From NCBI RefSeq assembly GCF_006345805.1, contig NW_021836178.1, forward strand, positions 144,873 through 208,872: DNA of 64,000 nt, in the 5' to 3' direction. Of this stretch, positions 49,500-64,000 are shown in pieces. The stretch comes from Octopus sinensis (taxonomy: Eukaryota). The position numbers and the translations under genes are program-made. The notes below the pieces were generated by a model. It did no database searches. It saw only the letters and a program-made list of their open reading frames with translations, and was not told the origin of the DNA. Numbering within the stretch: the stretch's first letter is position 1; every line of letters starts with the position of its first letter.

Positions 49500-52400
49500 T
49501 CGTTTTTAAACCAATAATAACTTAATAGTTAATCAGAAACTAAGCAGATCTCACTCCAGCTCGCTGATATCCACTCTCCTTCTCTTGGAAGAAGAGTCTA
49601 CTTCCAGCTGCCTCTTACTCCCCACTACCACATCTGATTCAACCATTGCATCTTCTTTAGCATTCATTGGGTCGTCTTCATTTTTGCATGCCATCTCCAC
49701 ATACCGGTTGGAAGCAGAAGCGTATTCTTCACCAGATACCTTCATTCCGTGCTTGTGTTCGATCATCATACTCTCGAGCGTTCTTTTCAGTACAACGGAT
49801 TGGATGTATGTCCTCGTTCCTGCTTCAATAGATAGTTTCTTCATATAATTTTTGAAGCATTTCGAGACAACTCCATCCCATGTCATAACCACAGGAATTA
49901 TTTTTACTTGACAGCTATACAGAAGCGAAAGCTCACTTGCCAATAGGTCATACTTGTGACACTTTTCAACCTCCACTTGCTTGAGGCGATCCTGTGAAGT
50001 AATACCCACTTCAATTAGATTTATTTCGTTTCTGACTTTGTCGTGGACAAAGATATCTGGCTTGTTATATTCTACTTTTGTTTCGGTGAGGATTGTAGAA
50101 TCAACCCTGATTTCAACTTTTCCCGTCGACAGTGTTGACTGAACAGAATGTCCCTTCAATTATCTTGCTTTTTTGAGTCCATACATTCGGCACAAGTTAA
50201 GGTGAATACACTTCACAAGTTTGTTGTGTCTCCGGAGATAATCACTGTTGAGCATTTTACCACACTGAGTAGCCATGTGGTCAACAGTTTTCTTGCTTTT
50301 ATTACAATGATTGCATAATGAGTCAGCGGATGCAAAGAACAAGTTTCGATCTTGCAAAAAAAATACAATGCTTCGCTTCGTGGCCCATTATTTCCATTGA
50401 TAGCCATTCTGAGGATGCAGGTAAATCAACATTAGGTTCATCCATACATTTGAAAAGCACAGAATGTAGTGCTTTAGAACTAATTTCTTTTGTAAATATT
50501 GTATCTGATTGGACTTTAGAGACTCCATAGTAATACTCTTCTTATCAATAATTGCATATTTGGAGGATAGAAATCCTGCGATCATAGCCAAATGCCATTT
50601 ATTCATTTTAATTACACGCAGAATCCCCGCCCTCCGTAAGCATATAGTTGACATATTTTCCAGACTCGTAAGGAACTGAAAGAGCATTAGTTCACTTTTG
50701 AAAGTAACTGATGAAAGCCCTCTTCCAAGAGCCTTCCGGTTTAAATACAGTCTCTCTTTATTTGCAGGTTTGAGATGTAATCTGAGCGACGTAAGCAATT
50801 GCCGTATTTGTCTGTCAATATCATCAAATTCAGAAGGTTCAATATTGATTAGCCCAATATAATAATTATATAGTGACAATGCATATTCATTTATAGCACG
50901 AAACAGATTCACAGAGTTGAGTTTTGTTTTCGATAGCATAGTTATCCTCTTCTTAACATTCTCAAAGATAGAGTCCATAACTCTATTCTTAAGAACATTG
51001 CTTCCACCATCTTCAAGTACACCCAAATACCGATATCCATTGATTCCGTCAATAGTCTTACAACATGATAATGATTCCAAATTAGACGCTGATTTTTCTG
51101 AATTCATCTCCAAACCAACAATTTTAAAAAATCCGTTAACAGCTTCCATCATTTTGAGTAAAGTGTCTTGTTTGAGAGCAAATATTTTTAGATCGTCAAT
51201 AAATAGCAAATGATTAGTAGAATATGTTAACATATTGGGATCTTCCTGGTTAATTTCAAGTTTTGGAAACACGGAATTAAGGATCCTGCTTAGAGGATCT
51301 AATACCATAACAAATAGTAAAGGAGACAATGAGTCTCCCTGTAAAATTCCTCGGTTTAACTTCACTGATCCAATTCTTCTACCTTCCATATGCAGCTTTA
51401 CTGCCCACTTCTTAACTACGCTCTTCACAAAGTTTACGATCCAAAGCGGGATTCCAGAACAATCCAAAACGTGAAACAAAAAATCATGATCAACTGAGTC
51501 ATATGCTTTCTTCACATCGACCCAAGCAGAATAAAGGCCATTCCCGTACTCCTTGTTCAAACATTGGTTAATGAGAGCTTGCTCCTTGGCGCCTTGACAA
51601 TACTTCCTCGTTCCAAGTTGGTTGTCTGAAATTAGGCCAAATGCCTCGACAAAATCAGCCAGTTTTACATTAACACATTTGGTGACAAGTTTATACAATG
51701 TCGGCATACACGTTATAGGACGTAAGTCCTTCGGGGTCTCACAATCATCTTTTTTAGGAATCAAATATGTTATTCCAGTGTAAAACCAACTTTCAGGCAT
51801 GTACTCTCCATTAATTATTCGGGTTATCTCGTGACACAGAAATCCATGTAATGACTCCATCTTCTTAATGAAAAAGTTATATATCCCATCACATCCACAT
51901 GCCTTCCAGTCAGGAAGATAGTTAATAACATTTCCAAAAAACTCTTCCGTAAACTCTGGAAGCATATGTTCAGCACAAGTAGTTCGTTTTCCAACAACGT
52001 CATAAGATTGAGGCCTCTCATTTCTCTCGCTCCAGACTTTTTGCCAAAAAGAGACACATTCTTCATCATCAAATCCATACAGCGTCACTTCCTCTTTCTT
52101 TGTTAAGTCTCGATAGAATCTTTTTCGATTTAATTCAAAGCACTGATTATCCTTACGAAATTGCTTCCTTGAATTATGAACTTCTATTTTCTTATTGTTA
52201 ATCCTAATCAGGTCTTGCAATAATATCTGAATCCTCGACAGCTCACCTTTCTTAGTTTTCTTATACCCATAGCGACAGAGAACATCCATTACCTTTTGCT
52301 TTTCAGATGGAGGTAGTGTTTGATTGGAATGGGAATTAACAATTTCCAATTCTGCAGATAATTTTGAAATTTTCTTTTCAATATTTTCTACCCATGTGCT

Positions 52401-53100
52401 CTGTGCTTTGTCTCTCATGGTTAGAGATAAATACGCACATTGAGCAGCATATAGAATATCAGAAATGCTATTGATATCATTAGGATGATTATCTTTCGTA
52501 ATATAATATATCGCCGAATTCAATCCTGTCAATATATCAGTTTTCAAATATTTATTTTGAATTTTTGGAGTTGGTTTACGTGAATCCCTTGGAATCGATT
52601 CAATATTCTTAATTTGTATATTCAACTCTTCTAGACACTTTCTAAAAGTGGAAATTTCTGAGCTCTCAAGAAATTGCTTCTGATGGCAATTGCTTCCATA
52701 ATTATTATCCACTCTCATTGGTTTAACCATTCCTTTGAGTTGACTGAGACTTGCACTCTTCGAGAATTTTGAATTAAACTTCTCACGGATAAGGTTCCAT
52801 CCACCTCTTGGTATCCTCCCAATTCTTTGCTTCGTGGCATAAACAATCTGAGACACCCACTCAGCTTCAGAAACACAAATAGCATCATCGATAATGGCCG
52901 AAAGGGAATGCAAGTTAGTTGGGATAGTAGGATTCCCAGCAATTGGATTGTCATGAATACTAGTCCTTGTGCTGTTATCCAGCCCCAGAGACGACACTCC
53001 TGCACTTGTTATGTTATTTTTATCCTTTTTCGCAGGAAGGCCCCTAGGATTCGATTTCCTCATATCATTAGGAACGGACATGCACAACACCACAACAACT
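49500..53100 (-). mobile_element. Near full-length R4/Dong-type non-LTR retrotransposon (RT, CCHC, PD-(D/E)xK RLE)
   Basis: 901-aa ORF with LRPITCMP, DVKKAYDSV, GILQGDSLSPLLF, FIDDLKI and YRYLG; CNHC..TVDHMATQC; KPDIFVHDK..NLIEVGIT; two frameshifts near 50390 and 50160. Confidence 0.93.
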
Positions 53101-53169
53101 AATTCTTTTTATATAAATTTTATATTAAAGATGTTTCAAAGATAAATTAATCGTGTGTTATAGCCCAGC

Positions 53170-53720
53170 CGAACGGATTGCTTGCGCGTTCCCGCGCACG
53201 ATTGCGAGCGAGATCCTCTGCCTCAACCAAGAGGACACGCGACCATCCATTTTTTCGAGCAATGAAGATACCGAGGTCTTTTATGAAGCATGAGGTGAGC
53301 GGACCGAAAGCGCCTGATGTCTCAAAACCACAGGCACGAAGGAATGCCGAGTGGCAAGATTCCTGTACTTTCCGACTTTGTGGGATTCCGCCAAAGCCGC
53401 GGCAGAGCCGGAAGAAGAAGCAGATGACAGTAATGGAATGGGAACGTGGTCATCCCATCCGGGCGTTTGCCGTCCCCTCTGTCCAATCCGGCTGGTTCTA
53501 GCACATTGGGGAAGCTATTTAGTGGTCTTGAGATTACGTCGTTGATTGCTCCATGGTGAGACGAGCGGCTTGTGCTCCGGCGGCAGGAGAGGAGATGAAG
53601 GCCTTTCACATCCACCGTACCTCTGCATGTTTCGTTGTCTAACAGGGAACCCGTCGATGACGTTTGGTAAGCGTGGTCGCCATGGATGAGATTAAGCAAA
53701 CAGCATCCGAGACATCGCCC
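53170..53720 (-). mobile_element. CRE-clade retroelement 3' fragment
   Basis: [40 protein letters not shown] and ..AIVRGNA.. Confidence 0.8.
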
Positions 53721-54352
53721 TGCATCATTTTGCTGTTAACTAATTGCGCTAGATGTTGATTGTGTTTGTGAGGTTTGTGAGACTTGATGCTTGATTGGGG
53801 TCTGGCGTAACCAAAAGTAAGTCGAAAGTTGCGTTAGGAAGATGCTACATTGATCTTTAATCTGCTGAGCCACAGATATCCGATTTACTGCCGCCGTTTT
53901 CCGGAGGGCCGCACCCGGACAAACAGTAGGAAACGAAAATAATTTTCACCATCACTACTAAGGCCTGATTGATTATGTTGAATAGAGTATCAGCAACGCA
54001 AATTATTGCTGTTTTGGCAGGATCTCCGGTCACTTCGGAATTCCGAGAGTAGCGACAAAAATTTGTCAGGTGGAATGAGAGTAGTGCGTGCCGGAGGTTT
54101 GACTGTCGCACAGTGCGCAAGACATTTATGACACTTCCATTCAAATATTGCTGTGAATAATGAAAATTCCTTTTCAAAAGACAAGAAAAAATTGCATTTT
54201 TCTTAAAATTCTAGTAGCTTTGAAAGTACATGAGAAGAAAAATTCCATACATTGATCACCCTGAGCTTTAAACTTTTGTACTTAAAAATATTTTTGAGTA
54301 AAAAATCTCAACATTAAAACAAGAAGCTAACGTTAGAAACTAAAATTAAAGA

Positions 54353-54599
54353 TTATGAATCCATTTTATTGTTCATTACTTTATCAATTTCATTTCTAAA
54401 TTGATTAATGGGAAACAACTTTAAATCTTGGGAAAAGTCTGCCTCGATAATATCTTCATCCCAGTCGATATTCCATGCACTCATAGCCAGATGATCCTGG
54501 GAGTCGTCCCATTCTTGATAATAAAATTGTTTCCAAACCTTTTATTGGAAAATCTTCGAAATTGTCATCTTCATCAAAACCCAAATCTGAAATATCCAT
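54353..54599 (-). CDS. SEM1: 26S proteasome lid subunit SEM1/DSS1 (absent from the ORF track because of two micro-introns)
   Basis: Spliced MDISDLGFDEDDNFEDFPIK|EWDDSQDHLAMSAWNIDWDEDIIEADFSQDLK|NEIDKVMNNKMDS*; introns of 25 and 24 nt. Fits the DSS1 pattern EEDDEFEEFP..W....W...WDDD..EDDFS.QL. Confidence 0.88.
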
Positions 54600-54867
54600 C
54601 ACCACAAGATACAATGCCGTTATAAATTATTTTTATACATTTACGATAAGTTTTAATAAAGTCTACATAATTAAAAAATTATTTTTAAAATATATTTTAG
54701 TAAATTATTATTACTTATAAAATTTGCAAATTGGATTTTCGTATAAATATGTAGTTTTAAATATTAATAATATTTATTAAAATAAACTATATTTTTAATT
54801 TAATTAAAATTGAAAAATGTGGGATTATATAAATAATTATAATAGGTAATTTGTTGAGTTTTAATCA

Positions 54868-56373
<1,506 letters not shown>

Positions 56374-56749
56374 TTAATTCGTCTTGGTTAAATAGGAAAA
56401 TTATAAAAGAAAATCACTTTTACTTTAAAATAATGTTCTTTATTTTTGTTACAGAAATAACATCATTACAAAAAAGCTAGCTTCTACGCTTTAATTTGAA
56501 ACAAAACTTTCTTTTTCTTGGATAATATATCGCGTTGCCACAAGCACGTTAGTGTTTAAGATTTGCTTGTACTAGTAGCCACACGACTTCTTAATAGCAA
56601 GAAAGAAAACAAAGTGGTTAATTATTCGAAATAATTCCGAATAAGGGTCCTCATTAGTGTCTCCTGTTTTATTTTTCTTTTTGTTGTCGTGCGGCTGGTT
56701 AAACGCTCGAAAGGTTGACATGGATTAGTTAGAAATCAATTTTTATAAT

Positions 56750-57190
56750 TAAGAATATTAAAACATAGGAGATTTATTTTATTGATTCTTGTGGTGCATG
56801 TCGCTGGAATGAAATTCTCTATCAATTTGTGGAAATACGGACTGCTCTACCGAAATATCAGGTCATAACCCTTTACAAACGGTTGAGGACTCGGTCGACA
56901 CAGTTGGTGGAGCGATGCGTCATGTAAGCCAGAGGATCCATTCTCTCCGAGGTCTTCTCTCTTCTATCAAGAAGAGTGATCAATCACAATGGGCGCATGC
57001 AGTTCTGGAGTCAGTGAAGAGTCGGTTCAAACGTGTTCCGAGAGGCGGATGGTCTATTATTCTTGATGAGTTTGCTTCCAAGTTCCGTGAAAGAGCCTCC
57101 ATTACTGCTTTTAAAAAATTGGCATATTTGGGCACATGAAGAAATAACAAGAAAGTAGAGCAGAGCAGAAGAATTAAAGATTTCAAAGTA
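56750..57190 (+). mobile_element. R4/Dong-type element 5' fragment
   Basis: QWAHAVLESVKSRFKRVPRGGWSIILDEFASKFRERAS is homologous to EWVSQIVYATKQRIGRIPRGGWNLIREKFNSKFSKSAS in the 50388-53093 ORF. Confidence 0.75.
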
Positions 57191-57410
57191 CACCAATCTC
57201 TCGGAACGCTATCTGTTTACCCCGATCGCCGTGGATACCTCAGGCGTAATCGGTGACAGGTCACTCATTTTCCTCAAAAAGCTGGTCGTCTGATTTCTCG
57301 CAAGAGAAACGACATGCGTGAGTGTGGATGGCTCCTTCAGAGGATTTCCCTTGCCATTGTACATGGAAACTGTTTCTCCATCTACGAGGCGGGGACGTCC
57401 TCTTGTTAAC
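57185..57410 (+). mobile_element. CRE-clade retroelement 3' fragment
   Basis: KYTNLSERYLFTPIAVDTSGVIG...WLLQRISLAIVHGN. Confidence 0.75.
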
Positions 57411-57439
57411 TCTCTTGTCCCTCTGTTTTCTTTTAAGAA

Positions 57440-59590
57440 ATAAATATTTTGATAAAAAAACAAGAAAGTTAAACAAGATTTTCTTCTCAATCCGACCCCC
57501 GTTTATCTTGCAAACAGACAATGGGAAAGAGTTCAAGGAGAACAGAAGATCAAATAAATGCATTGTTAATGTTCGACGGAACAAATCCAGAACTAAGTGA
57601 TGAGTCAAATTCGAATTATTTTGAAAATGACGATAAAAGAACTGAGAAACAAGTGCATGAAAACCTTGTTAAAGCTGGAGAGAAAATGAAAAAACGTCGT
57701 AAGTGGAAATACAGTGCAACCCCTTATTGGGGCGACCCCGGACGTGGGGCACCCTCGGGTTTTGGGGCAATTTGAATTTCTATTAGGAGTTTTTCTGTTT
57801 ATTCTCTATAAGATAAACCCCGTTATGGGGCATTTAATATTTTATATATTTTTTAGTTATAATTTTTGAATTTTATTTTATAATAACTAATAATAACGTG
57901 TTTCTGTTGTTTTGATGGATGTAATTTTGATGGATGTGAAGGTTCTGAGGGCTTCAGAGAACCCGATAATAGTGATAAACATTTATTTCTCGACAAGGTC
58001 GTTTTTACTTCATTTCAAAAGTAATAATTAAGTATGCATAAATTTCTATAGATTAAGAAATGATAATTTAGTTGTTTCCGGACCATTATTACAATCTACT
58101 GCCAAGAAAGCAGCTCAAATTTTAAATTTACCAGAATTTAAAGCTTCCAATGGATGGCTTGATCGTTTTAAGAAACGGCATCAACTTTTTTTTAAAACAA
58201 TTTCTGGTGAAAAAAAGTCATGCGACATATCCATGCTGAAAAGCTTCTTTAAAACTTATGATAATCACATGGAAGCATATTCCAGAAAGGATATCTTCAA
58301 CTGCGATGAGACTGGATTATTTGTCAAAAAATCCGACTGTAGATCCTTCGTAGAGTTAACGGACACTTGTAGTGGTGTCAAAAAAAATAAAGAAAGAGTT
58401 ACCGTTCTTTTATGTACAAATTCAATTGGTGAGAAAATGAAACCTTTGGTAATCGGAAAATACAAGTCTCCTCGTTGTTTGAAAAATTTTAATATTGAAC
58501 AGCATAATGTATTATATATGTCTTCAAAAAATGCTTGGATGACAAGTTATATTTTTAATGCATGGTTATATGTGATAAATGAACAAATGAAAGAGAATAA
58601 CAGACATATTTTATTAATTTTGGATAATGCAGGATGCCATAAAGCAGATGATTATTCCAATATAAATTTTTTATATTTGCCTAAAAATACTACTCTGCTG
58701 CTTCAACCGCTTGACATGGGAATAATTCGCTCATTCAAAACATGTTACTCACATGAACTGGTTAAATTCATATGTTTTTTTGAAGGCGAAGAATTAATAT
58801 TAAATGGTATTCACTGTAGATAAATAAATCTTTTAAGGCCTATCACATATAAATATGAGAAATGTTTTGCTAGCAATTGAAGATGCTTGGATGAATGTTA
58901 CTAAAGAAACGATTACAAATTGTTGGAATAAAATTAATGAGCAACGTACACATGATGTGAAAAAATCTGATCAAATAAATGGAGAAAAAATCGAAGAAAC
59001 TGTCAAGGAAGTTATATCAGTAGAAATCTCTGGTATAGAAAATGACAACGCATTATATGACGGAGTTATAAAATGTCAATCTATCAAGGAATTAATTTTT
59101 TCAATTAATGCAATGGAAGATGGCGTTTTTCAGCATGCTCCAGAGATATTAAATGAATTTTATAATTTTAAAAAGTTGACAATGGATCGATTAATTCAAA
59201 AGTACAAATTCGGAGCGAAAATAACGGATCATTTCCCGACAAGTAAAGACTAAAATTGTTAAATGAAATTAAGAATAAACATCTTTTGGTTTTAAATTAA
59301 CAAAACGTTAGTTTTTTTCGTTAATATTAGAAAACCCCTCTATCTGGGGAAACCCCTGTTTTTGGGGCACTAGGTGCCCCAAAAAGAGGTTAGACTGTAT
59401 GACGCAGAAGACATTGAAATTGAAGATACAGTGCTGCTGAAACACGACAGGGATGATAACCCTGGTAACAGTAGATACCCATTATATGACGAACTGGATA
59501 TAAATAAGTACACAGTTTCAGAAAAATTTGAAACTACGTGTACTATTAATAAAGATAATGGAGAAACAGCATCAACGTGCATTTAAGTAG
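57440..59590 (+). mobile_element. Ginger-like integrase C-terminal remnant split by the pogo element
   Basis: ILQTDNGKEFK; the frame KMKKRRKWK|YDAEDIEIEDTVLLKHDRD is continuous across the TA-flanked pogo. Confidence 0.6.
57712..59397 (+). mobile_element. pogo/Tigger transposon
   Basis: Imperfect TIRs CAGTGCAACCCC and GAGGTTAGACTG with TA at 57710-57711 and 59398-59399; termini resemble those of 29826-32732. Protein: FKASNGWLDRFKKRH, IFNCDETGLF, ILDNAGCH, LQPLDMGII. Probable 31-nt intron near 58807-58837. Confidence 0.88.
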
Positions 59591-59912
59591 ATTAAAGAAA
59601 ATTTGATTAAAAATTTGATTTTTTTTAAATGAATTAATTCTTATTTTTTATTGACTCCTATTAAATATAAATAAAATTTTATTTATTTTAAAAATGTAAA
59701 GCACAAATGAATGATGTGTGATTTATGCAACAGGCAGAAATATAAAAACTAATAAAAAAGAAAATCAAAGTTAATTATATTTTCTGATGATTTTTAGATT
59801 TCGGTGGGCTATAAAACCGGTGACATAATATATTCAGCCCAAGTGGCTTATGACAAGTTGACTATAAGGAACCCTGCTAAGAAAAACCCAGTGGACTCTT
59901 TTTATAAGATTA

Positions 59913-60270
59913 CTAGCTCGGCAGCTCGCTTCGCTCATCGCGACCTAGCTCCTGCGGAGGGCCTGTTTCATCAAACAACTATAAGTTTATGTAGATGTAT
60001 AAAACTACCTGGTTTAATGTAACCCTATTCTATCGCCTGTTGATAAACGATGTTTGTCGTCCGTCCTTCCTTGGCATATATGAATAAATTTTCTCTTTTC
60101 TGCCTACCCTCGAGCATCCCACATACAGCTGTCCATGTGAAAAGCACTCACTCTCTAAAAATAACCCAACTACCTTTAATGACTGTCCCTGGGCCTTGTT
60201 TATTGTCATTGCACACTTTTTTTTCATTTGGAAACATAGATACCTCGTATTCATTGTCTGGGAAAAAAAT
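59913..60270 (-). mobile_element. Helitron 3' end (PIF1 helicase C-terminus and CTAG terminus)
   Basis: AMTINKAQGQSLKVVGLFLESECFSHGQLYVGCSRV. The minus strand ends ...GATGAGCGAAGCGAGCTGCCGAGCTAG followed by T (terminus at 59913). Confidence 0.82.
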
Positions 60271-61999
60271 GGAAGCGACCTCGATTCGAATCATTTTTGA
60301 AATTTTTGGCTTGAGACTATCTTCCACAAACATGTATCTAAAGAATATAAAAATATTTTTTCATGCCGGGATTTTGAAATATCAGTTTTACGTAAGATAT
60401 TAATGCAGTTTATTATAAATTTAATGTGATCTTTCGGTTGAACAACGACTAGTCCCGTAAGAATAGCCTGGTTGTTTAAATTTATAATAACAAACCTCGT
60501 AAATCTCTGGAAGGCTGTTATTTTAAAATATCGAATTAAATCTTGATCAAGTTGTTTTTGCTCTAAAAAGCTCATTGTCATGGAAATAAAATTTTGAGAA
60601 ATTTAATTATAAAAGTAACTGACCTCAAAGAAATGTATTTAGTTTCATGATCCTCAGGTTATAAATATCGTAGAATTAAAGTCTTTCAACGTAACATAGA
60701 AAAAATATAGAAATTATTAATACAGTTCCGAAACAAACAAAACGATGGAGCTGGCCAGATTTTAGACTAAACTTTATGCATATTCAAATTACTGCTATTG
60801 AAACAAAATTTAAAAAGTACTCTAACTTTCTAAACTCTTTCTTCATAAATGTAAACTAACCTAAAAAATATAACAAATTTCTTTAGTCATGACTCAGACT
60901 CTGATTAAGAAATTGTCAAAGGCAAAAATGAGTAAGCTTTGAGGTACCAGGGCTCTATAGAATCACAAGAAGACACAAATGGCTTTACAAGAGTAAATAG
61001 GAAATTTAATTTGATAAGTTATTTCAAGGTAAAAATGACACAAAAGAAAATTCTTACAAAGGAAGAAAGTAAAGTTATTCGGAATCTTCAGCCCATGAGA
61101 TATGTTGGAGCATAAAATCAAAAATTTCATTAGGCCACAAATCTCTAGCAACCAACGACGAGACGAACTCTGGTTCTGAATTATCCTTCCTACAAATAAG
61201 CATAAAAAATGCCATTTAATAAGATAATCTAATCCTTCCTCATTTTCCTGGCTCCAATAACATTTTCAATTATATTTCCTTTATATAAAATCGATGTCTG
61301 AGTATCGGCATCGTGATTAGTCGGCAAAGACATATCAGAAACAGACTCTTGGCTAGATGTTGTTTAATATTCTTAAATAAATGAATTATCCCTGATCCAT
61401 CGGGTGTAATAGACATGTAGTTTTATGTGGTATTTCCTAGTTTTTGTAGTTCTTGGACTTTAATATTTTCCAATCATAAAAGTTTCATTTTGTCAGGTCA
61501 ATTCAATTTGTGCAAAGTAAAAAAGGAATAAGCAGTAAAATGGTAAAAATAGAACATAACCGAGAAACAAAATTTCAATTTTTTCGGTAAAAAGAAGAGT
61601 GGCAAATCTTAGAGGTTGTAAATTAGAGAGGTTTGACAGTAGGAATAGTTACCTGTAGTAATATACGGAATTGCTAAAGAAATTGACACTTATATTTGGT
61701 CCTCCTCTCTCTTTACTCACAGGTCTGCCGGAGCTGTTTTCTACACTCTTCTCTACGCACAGTCCCCCACTCTCAAATCCCTTCAGACCACGTGCTTTCC
61801 GAGGGTCAGTTCTGCTCTCCGTCCACGAGGGGGAGGGGTCAGTGTCAGAGGACCCGTTTTTGAAACAAAACGTGATTGAAACGTCTGCCTCCTCCCCGTA
61901 GTTGTGTATCCTCCATATAAACACACAGGCAGGCAGGGACGAATCCTTAAATTATGGAGTCTTATAGTCACAAGGAACTGGATTTGAAGTGAAGGGACA

Positions 62000-62528
62000 T
62001 GCCTGATCTGCCTTGACTGTATTCCGTTCGTACATTCCGGGGACTAAGGAGAAGCGAGTGAACTGTCCTCGATATCCCCGACCTATCGAGCCACTCCCGA
62101 GTCCCCCCAGAGGACAGCCTGCGCTGAGAGTGCTGTCTTACCGTAAATTGATTTCAGAGGGACGGGCTTGAAAATGTTCATTATTGGCCTCCTTCCGTGA
62201 AAGGTTTCGGAAATAGTCTGGAATAATGTCCTGGACTATATTTATAACACTTGCCTCATTCCAATCCAAAAAAACTTGATTACTTGTGCCCAGGTGGGGG
62301 GTTGTGATGGTTTGAAGGGGGAATTAAAGGTCTGACTCAGAGGAATTCTCCACCCAAAACTGGGAATGCCATTGTTTTGGGCAATTTGGTAATACAAATC
62401 AGTACTTGCATTCGTAAGAACACTCATTCGATATTTTTATTATTTTTCAAATTTAGGTTTTTTTTAAATTAATTTAATAATATATTTTACATAAAGTTTG
62501 TTAATAAATTAATATTTCCATAACATAT
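62000..62528. repeat. Second copy of the 529-bp duplication (see 11320-11848)
   Basis: Direct sequence match. Confidence 0.92.
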
Positions 62529-62540
62529 TTTAATTTAAAA

Positions 62541-63440
62541 TTTTTTTTTTTTTTTTAATGAAAAGAAAATGGAACAGGAAGTCAGCTACTAGCCGCAGAG
62601 TGAATAGAGAAACTGTTCCCCTGAGTACGGCTATTGAGACGCGCTCAAAAAGCCGATTGACCTCGCGGGGGTCGTTTCTAATCCTCCCGAGGTGACGGCC
62701 TCTCTCGGTGAGAAAACGTAGCGTGGCTGGGCCGAATGTGCCTGATGTTTCGACTGAAACAGGCACAAAGAGGAATCTGTCGGCGAGCGAGGCGTACTTG
62801 TCTTTCTTCCGGGTCTCTGCCCTCCTCGCCGCTGTGCCAGCTTCGATCGCGGACGCGAGAAGGCATGTTGACGCAAAAGTGTCAGAGCATGTCGCGTCCC
62901 AGACGATCGCTTTGCCGCACTTGAACGGGAAGAGCGAGACGCCGTCCGGCCTCTTGCCATCGCCCCTGTTAAGGCCAGAGGGCTCCAGCTGGCACGGGAT
63001 GCCGGTTGCCTCGAGCAGACGCTTTATTATGGAATTAAGCTGTCCGTGCCTGGGGAACCTCCCAGGGCATTTGCGGCAGGAGAGCGGGTGTAGACCTTTG
63101 CGGTCTATATGAGCCCCGCAACGGCATTGGTGAGGCTGGCAAATGTCCAAGCCGAGTCGGAGAGATATTCCGATTCTTAAACAGTCTGGGTCCAGGAAGG
63201 TTCCAGCTGCAGGGGAAGGATAGGCGTTGATCCAGGCGCCAGTCCGTGGAGATGCTCCAGACAACAGACAAGCACGCCGGTGTTTGAGACAGTAAGTACC
63301 GGAAAGACTGAGAGCTGCTGATCTCCGTCCATTCGCGCATAAGGCATAGGTCAACGGGAGTTTTTAGTCCGCAATCTGTCCACAACGATGTGCCGTATGA
63401 AAGCTCTGAGTCCGTGAGCGATCCAGAGGGGAGAAGGAAG
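62541..63440 (-). mobile_element. CRE-clade retroelement, 5'-truncated, with poly(A) tail
   Basis: 274-aa ORF: CRCGAHIDRKGLHPLSCRK..RHGQLN..EPSGLNRGDGKRPDG..WDATC..KY..FVPVSVETSG..RVSIAVLRG. T-run at 62541-62556 on the + strand. Confidence 0.88.
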
Positions 63441-64000
63441 GATCTGGACTACGATTATCATATATAAAAAAAGCGTGCGAACATGGTTCTTGTGGGTCCA
63501 AAAAAATAATATACTTTAACACTGAAAATTCTGGAAACGATGATGCGGTTACGCCGTGCGAAGCAATATCCTTTAATCTGACAATTAACAGCCAAATACT
63601 CTGCGAAATTCAAAAATACAACATACTATGCTCAATCCCAACTGCCCTGAAAGCGTGAATTTCACGCAAAATGAACGCTCATTTATTTCGAGTTTCAAGT
63701 CCCATACGGAAGCCAATACCTTCCAAACTGACGTGAATGAGCTGCTAAACCCCTTTTGGCTTCAACTGTCATCAATTACGGCAGGTCGAGCTACGTCCAT
63801 CGGAGATCTTCTTAAGAATATTCCGTACTGGGCAAGCAATGAAGAACTGGAGAAATACCTCTCGACGATTCTCTCGCAGGATTTAAACTGGAGCGTTTCA
63901 TGAAATTGGGAAAAATTTACCTGTAGGAAAGTTGGACTATCACTCGAGAGGTGAGGCAAACTCACTAATCCGTTTGGGACTAAAACATTGGCTTCAGGAA

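Noticed and set aside
62000-63440. 529-bp duplication as a CRE 3' transduction
   Set aside because: No CRE element adjoins the other copy at 11848, and there is no second poly(A) at the distal end.

Overview
AT-rich eukaryotic (animal) genomic DNA with ultra-short GT-AG introns (mostly 22-31 nt) and roughly half the window occupied by transposable elements. Metazoan genes (Scribble-like LAP protein, UNC-53/NAV, ETS-like) plus a cilia gene (CFAP96/C4orf47) and about 24-nt introns suggest a ciliated, genome-reduced invertebrate such as a dicyemid mesozoan; this is inference, not verified. Apparently complete host genes: RPL7a/eL8, a thioredoxin-fold secreted protein, CFAP96, MetRS, a RING-H2 protein, YPEL5, an F-BAR/SH3 protein, Scribble-like, LIN54-like, SEM1/DSS1 and PFKFB. 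Broken or partial host genes: KMT2C/D-like PHD gene split by a TE, DHX34, GBA2, NAV and two ETS-like copies. TEs: hAT (3), Ginger-like integrase (4), pogo/Tigger (2), Tc1, Merlin, a Helitron end, R4/Dong-type and CRE-type RLE retroelements, and APE-type LINEs. Many single-base frameshifts fall in homopolymers and look like long-read consensus errors, so pseudogene calls based only on them are unsafe. Most unusual observations: (i) an APE LINE derivative with a 2A-like motif bounded by 145-bp inverted copies of its own 3' end and a shared TSD; (ii) a LINE ORF that runs directly into 28S rRNA sequence and uses an rRNA TAG as its stop; (iii) a duplicated ETS-domain gene lacking the DNA recognition helix; (iv) host-sized micro-introns inside transposases of four DNA-transposon superfamilies.
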